Source: Edaphobacter aggregans
GTDB lineage: Bacteria > Acidobacteriota > Terriglobia > Terriglobales > Acidobacteriaceae
DNA length: 32,000 nucleotides
NCBI RefSeq assembly: GCF_003945235.1
Contig: NZ_RSDW01000001.1
Location: forward strand, 1,560,001 to 1,592,000
Reading direction: 5' to 3'
Below are positions 9,629-18,138 of this stretch, piece by piece (the stretch's first letter is position 1; each line of letters starts with the position of its first letter). The notes under the pieces were generated by a model, which worked only from the letters and a program-made list of their open reading frames with translations, had not been told where the DNA came from and searched no databases. The position numbers and the translations under genes were made by a program.

Positions 9629-11287
9629 CTAATCGTGAAGGGGCAGTAACGAGAGATATTGATGCACGAAAGCAGGGGCCATGCTGCCTTCTCCTACGCT
9701 GCTGGAAACGCGCTTGATCGAGTTGTAGCGAACGTCACCTACACAGAAGAAGCCCGGAAGATTTGTTTCCAGCAGAAATGGTGCACGATCTGCCGCCCAA
9801 CCTGGCTGGTCGCTCACCTCGCGCCCCGTGCGGACATAGCCGTTTTCGCGTTGGAGTTGAGGTGGCAACCAATGGGTTACTGCATCGGCCCCGATCATGA
9901 CAAAGAGTGCATCTGCAGCCCGCCGGATGACAGGCTCCTGGGTTTTCCGGGTTTCTATTGCTTTCAAACAATCCGTACCGTCAGCAGAGATCACCTGAGT
10001 TTCCGTCTCCACCCGAATGCCCGGCACGAGAGCGATCTGATCGATCAAGTATTGCGACATGCTGCGTTTTAGATCCTCGCCGCGGACCAGCATGGTCACT
10101 GAACTCGCGTAATCTGCGAAGAACAGGGCAGCCTGGCCGGCAGAGTTGCCGCCGCCGATGATAAAGACGCGCTTTCCTGCCACCGTGGGGGCCTCCGTAC
10201 GTGCGGCCCCATACAAGACTCCACGTCCGATGAAGCGGTCGACGCCGTCCGCCTCAAGTCTGCGCCAAGCAACTCCAGTCGCCAAGATCACCGTCTTTGT
10301 GGCAACCCTATCGCCACCATCGAGCCCAATCGTATATGCGCCATCGGGTTGCGGAATGATCTCTTGAACTTCTCGGGTGAGAACCACTTCGGCTCCGAAC
10401 TTAACTGCCTGCCGGAAAGCGCGTTGACTGAGGTCATCTCCTGAGATGCCATTGGGGAAGCCGAGGTAATTCTCGATGCGAGAAGATGTGCCAGCCTGAC
10501 CGCCGGGAGCCTTGCGCTCGACCAACAAGACGCTGAGCCCTTCCGAGGCTCCGTAGACCGCAGCCGCCAATCCCGCTGGGCCGCCGCCAATAATCACCAC
10601 GTCATAGCTTTGGCGCTTGGGAGCTGTTTGGAATCCGAGCGCTTCAGCCACCTTACGAACCGTAGGAGGATGGCTGACGCAGAACGACCCATCCACGACG
10701 ACAGATAGCCCAGCAACATCGGAAGTTGGATTAGCCGAAGGCAATTGTGTGCTCCGATCGCGGTCGATCCACTCATAAGGGATTCGATTCATACTCAGGA
10801 AGGTGCGAATCTCCCGGCAGTCGTCATCAAATTTCGATCCGACAATCTGCACGCGGCTGGAGGGAAGATTCAGCATGTACTTTTGCACAACTTGTACTCG
10901 CTCGTTAAGGGTCTGTAAGATCACCGCGCTGAACTCGGGCGAGCGTCGAATCAACTCCTGGAGGTATTGAGGATCGAGCCGTGCCAAGTGGCAAGCTGTC
11001 TTCGCACGGACGGAGGCGGGAGCTGCCGTTGCCATAAGAATGGCCAATTCGCCAAAGAAATCACCCGGCTTGTGCTCTGAGACTTCAGTTCGACGCCTCA
11101 TTACATCTTTGAGCACTTCCGTGGTTCCGTCTATCACAACAAAAAAAGGGGTTGGCTCGCCTTCGTGAATGAGGTACTCACCCGGTTCCAGATGAATATC
11201 GGCAGCCTGCCGCGAGAGCCATATAAGGTTCGCGTCATTCAAGCAGGAAAAGATTGGTATTTTCTTCAACTCCGAGGATGTCAGCAT
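9629..11287 (-). CDS. Cyclic-nucleotide-binding domain / thioredoxin-fold linker / thioredoxin-reductase-like FAD-NAD(P)H oxidoreductase fusion (552 aa) without a CxxC redox centre
   Basis: N-terminal cNMP-binding-like GEYLIHEGEPTPFFVVIDGT...GDFFGELAIL. FAD motif VVIIGGGPAGLAAA and second dinucleotide motif VFIIGGGNSAGQAA. C-terminal GFFCVGDVR. Confidence 0.8.
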   Translation of the reverse strand: MLTSSELKKIPIFSCLNDANLIWLSRQAADIHLEPGEYLIHEGEPTPFFVVIDGTTEVLKDVMRRRTEVSEHKPGDFFGELAILMATAAPASVRAKTACHLARLDPQYLQELIRRSPEFSAVILQTLNERVQVVQKYMLNLPSSRVQIVGSKFDDDCREIRTFLSMNRIPYEWIDRDRSTQLPSANPTSDVAGLSVVVDGSFCVSHPPTVRKVAEALGFQTAPKRQSYDVVIIGGGPAGLAAAVYGASEGLSVLLVERKAPGGQAGTSSRIENYLGFPNGISGDDLSQRAFRQAVKFGAEVVLTREVQEIIPQPDGAYTIGLDGGDRVATKTVILATGVAWRRLEADGVDRFIGRGVLYGAARTEAPTVAGKRVFIIGGGNSAGQAALFFADYASSVTMLVRGEDLKRSMSQYLIDQIALVPGIRVETETQVISADGTDCLKAIETRKTQEPVIRRAADALFVMIGADAVTHWLPPQLQRENGYVRTGREVSDQPGWAADRAPFLLETNLPGFFCVGDVRYNSIKRVSSSVGEGSMAPAFVHQYLSLLPLHD

Positions 11288-11340
11288 GGCGACTGGTGTC
11301 CTTCGTTCTGTGCGGGTAGCACGGGCCTAAGGCTAAGGTT

Positions 11341-11787
11341 TCAGTTATGGCGTGGCAAATGATGCACTGAAGCAACAAGAGCGACGAACTCCGGAAATGA
11401 TTCAAATTCAGTTCTCAAATGCTCCCACTCACGCACAAATAAGGGACTGCGGAACCTCCGGTCAGCGGAACGGAACATCAACTCCCACATCCGTTTTGGT
11501 ATGCGGTGTTCGCGAAATAGAAGATAGGTTAACGAAACCAGGGTGCAGAATCGCAACATCGAGATGGTTAAATCGTCCGTCCGCTCGGGAAGCTCCGTGC
11601 CAACTGGCACACTCAGCCAGAATGCCGCCGAAGAGTTCTTCAACAGTTCGTCATATTGGGCAGACATTGCCAGGAAGATCTGCGTCTTCACCTGCTCGCG
11701 GTGATTTAAGACCGCGACAACCACACCGAGACCTCCCATCAGAAGCGACAATAATGTTGCGTATTGGATGATGTGCCCAAAGTTCAT
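11341..11787 (-). CDS. Hypothetical single-pass membrane protein (148 aa), no family recognised
   Basis: Track ORF 11341..11988. I place the start at ATG 11787 (MNFGHIIQYATLLSLLMGGLGVVVAVL, an N-terminal TM helix), 5 nt after the RND stop codon, which avoids an overlap with the RND 3' end. The antisense ORF 11352..11771 looks like noise. Confidence 0.5.
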   Translation of the reverse strand: MNFGHIIQYATLLSLLMGGLGVVVAVLNHREQVKTQIFLAMSAQYDELLKNSSAAFWLSVPVGTELPERTDDLTISMLRFCTLVSLTYLLFREHRIPKRMWELMFRSADRRFRSPLFVREWEHLRTEFESFPEFVALVASVHHLPRHN

Positions 11788-11792
11788 ATCGG

Positions 11793-14700
11793 TCACGCAT
11801 GCACCCCCGATATTGCAGGCATCTCTGCCGGTTTCTCTGAAGCAGCGGAAGCCGTGTGCTCGGTTTGTTCCCAACGGATCAACTTCAGATCCAGCACGAC
11901 GAAGGAATAGAGGACGGGAACGAGCAAAAGCGTCACGAAAGTAGCGATCGTCAGTCCCCCAATCTGCGCATAGCAAAGAGGCTCCCAAAGCGGGCCGCCG
12001 TGTGCAGCCAACGGAAACAGCGCAATCACTGTGGCCGCAACCGTGATCATCACCGGCCGCAAACGAAGGATGCCGGCATCGATCAGCGCCAACTCCAATT
12101 CCTCGCCCTCTTCTCGTCGCTCCTCGATAAATTCAAACAGCACGATGATGTGGCTCACAATTACACCGATGAGGCTGATGATCCCAAGGAATGCCATGAA
12201 TCCAAAGGGCTGGCCCATAATGGCGAGTGAAAATATTGCACCGACCACGCCATATGGAATGGCCGCAAAGACGATGAGGGGTTTGAAGGCATTCTTGAAC
12301 TGTGCGAGGAGTGCCAAGTAAATGGCGCTAACGCAAATGAGCAGCACCGTAGTGAGATCAGCAAAGCCGCTGACCTGCTCCTTTTGCTCGCCTGCGAAGC
12401 GGAATATGAACCCGTCGGGAAGCTGCTTCTGGAATGCCTCCAGCTTTGGCATTGCCGCTGCGATTACCTCCGAAGGTAAATGCCCCTGCGTAGGCCAGCA
12501 CTGCACGGTAATGGTCCGGTACTGATCGAAGCGTCGGATTTTAGGCGTTACCGGACTCAGGGCAGTCGTCGCCACCTGATCGAGAGGTACTGGAGGAGTG
12601 TCTTGCCGCGAGAAGACGTATAGACTGCGCAGATCGGAGAGTTGGGACCGCTCTTCCATCTGCATGCGTGCAACAATCGGAACCTGCTTGTTGCCATCTC
12701 TCAAAACTCCAGCCGTAATGCCATGAAGAGCCGCACCGACGGAATCGGAGACATCTGCGTTTGTGACGTGCGCCAGGTTTGCCCGGTCCGCATCGACGTG
12801 CACCACTTCTCTCGCGCTCGGCTCGCCCCAATCGTCTCGAACTCTGGCGGCGATGGGGATGTCGCGAAAGATTTGCTTCAGCTGCTCGGCTTCCGCTCTG
12901 AGACGCGGCAGATCTTCGCCGGAGATTCTGACCTGAATCGGAATTCCAACCGGCTTGCCCGTTTCGAGAGTCCGCGTATCGATGATCGCTCCAGGAATTT
13001 GCCTGTCCAGTTCCGGCTGCAAAAGGGCAAGCAGTGGGGTCGTATCATGATTGTCTTTCGTTCGCAGAATCACCTGAGCATAGTTGGTTTGCCTGTCCTC
13101 GGGTGTGGCGCTGCTCCAGAAGCGAGGACCGCCGCCGCCCACAAAAGTCGTCATCGATTGCAGAACATCCTTCGGATGTCCGTGCTCCGGATGGCTCCTG
13201 CCATACTCTTCCGCTACCCTGCGGGTAATGGATTCCACCTGCTGAGTAACCGCGCTGGTCGCGCTCGCGGGAGTGTCTTCAGGCAGCCACACGTCGATGT
13301 AAGAAAAGTATTGAAGATCCTTTGGAAAGAACTGCGGCTTGAGCGTGGAGAACACGATGCCGCCCGCTACCAGCAGGCCGAGCGATGCTGCCAGGCAGAC
13401 TTTCCTGTGTTCAATGGCCTTCTTTGCCGTTCGAAAATACCAGCCAGTAAACCCGCGCTGCCGCCTCTCCTCGATAGGAGTTTCGCTCCTGCTTTCCAAT
13501 AAAAACGAACTGATAAGCGGCACAAAGGTCATCGAGACGAGCAGGGCCGCGAGCAGCGAACAACTAATGACGATAGGCAGACTGTACAGGAATTTGCCTG
13601 TATCTCCGGGCAACAGCAGAAATGGCAGATAGGAAACGATATTCGTGACAGTCGCAAACGCCATCGTCTTGAACAGCTTTGTCGGTCCCAGCCAAGCGGC
13701 GACGGACCGTGGCTGCCCGGCACCCAGTTCGCGCACAATCGCGTCGCCGGACACCACCGGTACATCGACCAATAGTCCCAGCGCGATGATCAGCGAAGCG
13801 ATCGAGACCTGTTGCAGGTCGATCCCGAGCGTGCTGATGATCCCAAACGTGATCGCGAGCGTAATCGGCATGGACACCGCAATCAGAATGGCCGTCCGCC
13901 AGCTCCAGAAGCCAATCAAAGCCACAACTACCACCAGCACCAGCGCCTCGATCAAGCTGTGGCTGAAGAGCTCGATGCTGTCGTGTACCTGCAGGGGTTG
14001 GTCCGAGGTCCTGGCCAGGACCAGATCGGCCGGCAATGTTTTTCTGACGCTCGCAAGAGCGGCGTCCACCTGTTTACCAAAAGATCCGATCTGTTCTCCC
14101 TTCTTCATCTGGACCGAGAGCGTAATCGCGCGTGTCGCGATCCATCTGCCGTTTTCGTCGCGGCGCGTATACCGGTTCAGGAACGAAGGGGGATTCTCAT
14201 ATCCCCTGTCGATGTCTACAAGATCCCGCAAATAAAGCGGCGTTCCGTTCGGTGACGTGCCGATCACTACATTCCGCAGATCGTCAATGCTCTTGAACTC
14301 GCCTGTGGTGTTGACGCTGACCGTGCGTCCGCGTGCATTAAGTGTTTGGCCGCTCTCCGGTAGATTCCGGGCCGCGAGGATATTGGAAAGATCCGTCGGC
14401 CTTAGCTTGTATTGCGCCAGGCGCTGCTGCGAGAAATTCAGAAATACGTTCTCGTCCAGTACCCCTGAGCGTTCTGCCTTCGCCACGATCGACAGCGTTT
14501 TGAGGCTTCGCTGCAGGGTATCGGTAAAGTCGTCAAGGTCGCGATAAGTGTACTTGTCACCGGCCACGGCCTGAAGCGCCGCGGTGGTGTTTGCCGGTTC
14601 GTCAATGATCGCAGGTTTCCATGCATCGGGATGAAGTTCATCGGTCTGGAGGTCCTTATTTGCGAACTTCCTCAAGGCCGACTGGAGATCAGGAGTGCTG

Positions 14701-15431
14701 AGGTTCGTGGCCAGATCCACCCCTGTGAACCCTGCTCCCGAAAACACTCGCACATCGGAACATAGATGTTGGGTTGCCATGTCTCGGGTCACCCAGGATA
14801 ACTTGCGCTCGACTTCGTCGCTGTCGATAGACTTCGGAAAAACGACAACAACGGAACGCCGCGGCTGAGTATGCGTATCCAAACCACTCCGAACCTGTCG
14901 GATCTGTGCCTCAACCAGCTTGCTCACCCAGTTGACCTGAGCTAGATCGGCCGGCGGGCTCGCTACCGTGAGCATCAATGCGGACGTATCTCCGAAGTCC
15001 TTGATGTACAGAATGGGCCCCGTTCCTTGTGGAAGGTCGTGGATAGCGTCCAACCTGATCTTGACGTCGTCCAGTTCCTTGTCCCGGTCGTACTTTCCCT
15101 TTTCAGCAAGCTCGAACTGAACCATCGCCGAGCCAGTTCTGGAGGCGCTCTTGATCTCCGTCACCCATTGGTTTGAGGCGAGCGCCTGTTCGACTTTCCT
15201 GGTCACCAGCTGTTCTACTTCATCGGCCGATGTTCCCTGCCAGGGCACGATGACCATCGCCTGGCGCACAGGGATGTCCGGGTCTTTCCGTTGCGGCATC
15301 TTCAATAACCCGTAGATTCCCCATAGCAAAGCAACTGCGAGAGAGACCCATGCGATGTGTGGCTGCTCGAGGAAGAAGCGGGCGAGATTCTGTTTCTTAT
15401 TCGTGGACTGCTCATTGCGTGCGTGTGCCAT
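11793..15431 (-). CDS. RND efflux transporter permease subunit (AcrB/AcrD/AcrF superfamily), unusually long at 1212 aa
   Basis: Typical N-terminus (LARFFLEQPHIAWVSLAVALLWGIYGLLKMPQRKDPDIP) and two blocks of multiple TM helices separated by large periplasmic loops. AGGAGA lies 7 nt upstream of ATG 15431. Confidence 0.9.
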   Translation of the reverse strand: MAHARNEQSTNKKQNLARFFLEQPHIAWVSLAVALLWGIYGLLKMPQRKDPDIPVRQAMVIVPWQGTSADEVEQLVTRKVEQALASNQWVTEIKSASRTGSAMVQFELAEKGKYDRDKELDDVKIRLDAIHDLPQGTGPILYIKDFGDTSALMLTVASPPADLAQVNWVSKLVEAQIRQVRSGLDTHTQPRRSVVVVFPKSIDSDEVERKLSWVTRDMATQHLCSDVRVFSGAGFTGVDLATNLSTPDLQSALRKFANKDLQTDELHPDAWKPAIIDEPANTTAALQAVAGDKYTYRDLDDFTDTLQRSLKTLSIVAKAERSGVLDENVFLNFSQQRLAQYKLRPTDLSNILAARNLPESGQTLNARGRTVSVNTTGEFKSIDDLRNVVIGTSPNGTPLYLRDLVDIDRGYENPPSFLNRYTRRDENGRWIATRAITLSVQMKKGEQIGSFGKQVDAALASVRKTLPADLVLARTSDQPLQVHDSIELFSHSLIEALVLVVVVALIGFWSWRTAILIAVSMPITLAITFGIISTLGIDLQQVSIASLIIALGLLVDVPVVSGDAIVRELGAGQPRSVAAWLGPTKLFKTMAFATVTNIVSYLPFLLLPGDTGKFLYSLPIVISCSLLAALLVSMTFVPLISSFLLESRSETPIEERRQRGFTGWYFRTAKKAIEHRKVCLAASLGLLVAGGIVFSTLKPQFFPKDLQYFSYIDVWLPEDTPASATSAVTQQVESITRRVAEEYGRSHPEHGHPKDVLQSMTTFVGGGGPRFWSSATPEDRQTNYAQVILRTKDNHDTTPLLALLQPELDRQIPGAIIDTRTLETGKPVGIPIQVRISGEDLPRLRAEAEQLKQIFRDIPIAARVRDDWGEPSAREVVHVDADRANLAHVTNADVSDSVGAALHGITAGVLRDGNKQVPIVARMQMEERSQLSDLRSLYVFSRQDTPPVPLDQVATTALSPVTPKIRRFDQYRTITVQCWPTQGHLPSEVIAAAMPKLEAFQKQLPDGFIFRFAGEQKEQVSGFADLTTVLLICVSAIYLALLAQFKNAFKPLIVFAAIPYGVVGAIFSLAIMGQPFGFMAFLGIISLIGVIVSHIIVLFEFIEERREEGEELELALIDAGILRLRPVMITVAATVIALFPLAAHGGPLWEPLCYAQIGGLTIATFVTLLLVPVLYSFVVLDLKLIRWEQTEHTASAASEKPAEMPAISGVHA

Positions 15432-15442
15432 TGCTGAGTCTC

Positions 15443-16645
15443 CTAGTTGACTATCCTGATTAGGCTGCCGTCGCTTAGCTGGTTAGTACGGTTGATGACG
15501 ATTCGTTCGCCGGGCGTAAGGCCTTCGTCGATGACGACTGACTTGCCGAAGGTTTCACCAATCCTCACACTCTTCAATTGCACAAACTGTTTTCCATCGC
15601 GCTCCGTTACAGTGAAGACCGAATAGTTATTCGAACCGGATTCCGCGGTCATCAAAGCAGTTAGTGGTACGACAGGCACAGTTTGCGTATTCGCTTGCTC
15701 TATACGGATGCGTGCAATCATGCCCACCTTGAACGAGCGATCCCGGTTCGGGAGAGTAACCTCGATGTTGAAAACCCGGGACTCACGGTTGGCGGAGGCG
15801 GAGACTCCCGTAATTTGCCCTGTGAAGGTCCGCCCCTGCAGTGCATCAAGTTGCACAGGCACCGGTGCTCCCAGTTTGAGGTGCGCCAGCATGCTGTCGG
15901 GAACTCCAAAGTTCACCTTCACGACGCGCGTATCGTCGAGCGTGAACGCCCTTGTCCCTGCGGCCACCAAGCTCCCCGATTCCACACTCTTTTCGACGAT
16001 GACTCCAGGCATGGGAGCGTTCAGGCTGGTATCGCCAAGATTGATCCGCGCGGAGAAAGCCTGGGCCGACGCAGCGCTCAACTGCCCGCGGCGCGCCTCG
16101 ATCTGACGCACGGCGGCTTCCACACTGGCGGTTGCCGAGGCGTGCTGATTCACCGCCGCATCGTAATCCGGGCGAGTCATTGCTTTGGCGGCATAGAGCG
16201 CCTGTGCACGCTCAAAATCAAGATCCGCCTTTGCCTGATCGGCCTTTGCTCGGTTGAGTTCCGCTTGCGAAACATCAAGCGTACCCTGCGCGGAGCGCTG
16301 CTGGCCGACCGCGGAGTTGAGTGAGGCTTCATAATCGGAGTTGCGCAGTCGGGCCAGCGTGGCGCCGGCAGGTATTTCGTCGCCTACCTGCACATCACGC
16401 ATCCGACCATCGACGCCCTTCACTCGATACAGAGCGGCGATATAACCGGGTTCCTTGAAGGCCAGTTGAACCTCTGTGTCCGGGCGAATCTCGCCGGAGT
16501 AATTCCAACTGGGCTGGACCTGCTGCGTAGCCACGATCTCCGCCACTACGGGAACCGGCTCTGGCCCCGCCTTCTGCGTCTTTGCGCAGCCGGCGAGAAC
16601 CGAAAACGCAGCAAAACTTAAAATTCCAATTGAGATACGCATCAT
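15443..16645 (-). CDS. RND efflux periplasmic adaptor (membrane fusion protein), lipoprotein (400 aa)
   Basis: Track ORF 15443..16876. I place the start at ATG 16645 (MMRISIGILSFAAFSVLAGC, a lipobox), which overlaps the upstream gene stop as ATGA. It has a coiled-coil hairpin region and beta-barrel-like segments typical of HlyD/AcrA-family adaptors. Confidence 0.85.
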   Translation of the reverse strand: MMRISIGILSFAAFSVLAGCAKTQKAGPEPVPVVAEIVATQQVQPSWNYSGEIRPDTEVQLAFKEPGYIAALYRVKGVDGRMRDVQVGDEIPAGATLARLRNSDYEASLNSAVGQQRSAQGTLDVSQAELNRAKADQAKADLDFERAQALYAAKAMTRPDYDAAVNQHASATASVEAAVRQIEARRGQLSAASAQAFSARINLGDTSLNAPMPGVIVEKSVESGSLVAAGTRAFTLDDTRVVKVNFGVPDSMLAHLKLGAPVPVQLDALQGRTFTGQITGVSASANRESRVFNIEVTLPNRDRSFKVGMIARIRIEQANTQTVPVVPLTALMTAESGSNNYSVFTVTERDGKQFVQLKSVRIGETFGKSVVIDEGLTPGERIVINRTNQLSDGSLIRIVN

Positions 16646-18039
16646 TCTTCTCCAATCGCCTTTTTCAAATCGGCTCTTGCCTTCCAGAAGGCAGTGAGAG
16701 CCTGTTGCTGCTGACTGTCCGCGGATGCCAGATCCGACTGTGCTTGATACAAATCTCTGCTTAATGCCGCTTCGCGCTTTACCTTCTCCTGCAGCTCTTT
16801 GAGCTTCTGCCGGGCCGCACCTTCGTTTGCATCGCTGAGGGTCAGTTGTCGGCGGGCGTTCTCCAACTGCCGGCATGCATTTCTCACCTCCAGAAGAACG
16901 GCTCGTTCCGTAGCGCCGACGCCAACCTTGGCCTGCTCTTCCTTGGCTCGCTTTTCGTCGTATTCATGGTGCTTGCGTCTCCAGTCCCACGGTTCCCACC
17001 GCAGCGACAGACCCACTGTCCCGACGTTGCTTGGGAAAACATTCTCGAAATTCGCGGTTGTGTAGTAATCGAATGCCAGACTCACGTCGGGGATATATTC
17101 CGCCTTCTTCGCCCGCGCGTCGTAATTGGCTTGCTGCACCTGAAGCTTCGCCTTCTTCACATCTGGCCGGTTTTGAAGAGCGCGGACTTCCATGGCTTCG
17201 GGTGTGGTGAGAACGGTATCTGCATCGCCGATCGCCGCAACCCGAAACTGCGTGTGTACGTCCCGGCCCATCAAATCGTTCAATCTTTCGCTCGCCGACG
17301 CGACCCTGTCGCTCGCATCGCTGATAGCGTTCTGTATCTTCAAAAGCTGTGCATCGGCGTTCAGCAAATCCGATTCGAGAATCGTCTCTTTACCGCGATT
17401 CACTACTGCCAGACGATGCGATTCCCGGTAGTAAGGGAGTGACGCCTGAAGACTATCCAAAGCGCTGTGGGCCTCGACAACCGCGTAGTAAGCACGTCGA
17501 ACCTGATCGACCACCTCCAGACGCGTTTTCACCTGGTCCTGGCGCGTACCTTCCAACCCCAGCTCAAGAGCTTTCAATTGCAAATGCAGCTGGTACTGGG
17601 TCGAAAGCGGCTGGGCAACCGAGACATTGACTATGCCTACCGGTTTTCGCGGGATCTCGACTTTCTGATTCGTCGCCGGGATCGGCCCGGTCGCGCTGTA
17701 TACCCCAAGTGCGCCCGCCGGATAAGTCACCGATGGCTTCGTAACCAGTTGGGCGCCGAGCGCAGTGACCTGCGTATTCGCAAAACGTCTTGTCTTATTC
17801 GCAGCCAGATCGTCGGCGGCCCGGAGTGTATCGAGGCTGGCGGTCTTCAGACTGCTGTTATTCGCAACAGCTTGTTCAACTGCCTGTTCGAGAGTTAATT
17901 CAGGGAGGTTCGACTGTTGTTCCGCCGGCTGCTCAACCGAGAGCGCGGTGGATCGAGGTGCGAGATCCTGGCCTCGCGCCAGGAGTGCCAGCGTCCCCAA
18001 TATGAAGGCCAAGTAGGTTGTTCGAGTGCGTCGTTTCAT
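16642..18039 (-). CDS. TolC-family outer-membrane efflux protein (465 aa)
   Basis: Track ORF 16642..18135. I place the start at ATG 18039 (MKRRTRTTYLAFILGTLALLARGQD, a signal peptide). The two-repeat structure rich in coiled-coil-type helices is typical of outer-membrane factors. It is the first gene of the OMF-MFP-RND set. Confidence 0.8.
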   Translation of the reverse strand: MKRRTRTTYLAFILGTLALLARGQDLAPRSTALSVEQPAEQQSNLPELTLEQAVEQAVANNSSLKTASLDTLRAADDLAANKTRRFANTQVTALGAQLVTKPSVTYPAGALGVYSATGPIPATNQKVEIPRKPVGIVNVSVAQPLSTQYQLHLQLKALELGLEGTRQDQVKTRLEVVDQVRRAYYAVVEAHSALDSLQASLPYYRESHRLAVVNRGKETILESDLLNADAQLLKIQNAISDASDRVASASERLNDLMGRDVHTQFRVAAIGDADTVLTTPEAMEVRALQNRPDVKKAKLQVQQANYDARAKKAEYIPDVSLAFDYYTTANFENVFPSNVGTVGLSLRWEPWDWRRKHHEYDEKRAKEEQAKVGVGATERAVLLEVRNACRQLENARRQLTLSDANEGAARQKLKELQEKVKREAALSRDLYQAQSDLASADSQQQQALTAFWKARADLKKAIGEE

Positions 18040-18084
18040 GAGGCAATGGTGCCTCGAACGGCGGAAGCGGGGGGAGTAATGCCT

Positions 18085-18117
18085 CGTAAGCCCGACGTAA
18101 GCCCTACGTAAGCTAAC
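18085..18117 (-). promoter_or_regulatory. Three tandem 11-bp direct repeats with core GCTTACG, upstream of the efflux operon (candidate operator)
   Basis: The plus strand reads cgtaagcccga / cgtaagcccta / cgtaagctaac (18085-18095, 18096-18106, 18107-18117). The minus strand reads GTTAGCTTACG TAGGGCTTACG TCGGGCTTACG. The repeats lie 46-78 nt upstream of the OMF ATG at 18039, in the 97-bp gap after the regulator stop. Confidence 0.4.
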
Positions 18118-18138
18118 GGCACTGCTTGCCGGCATGTG

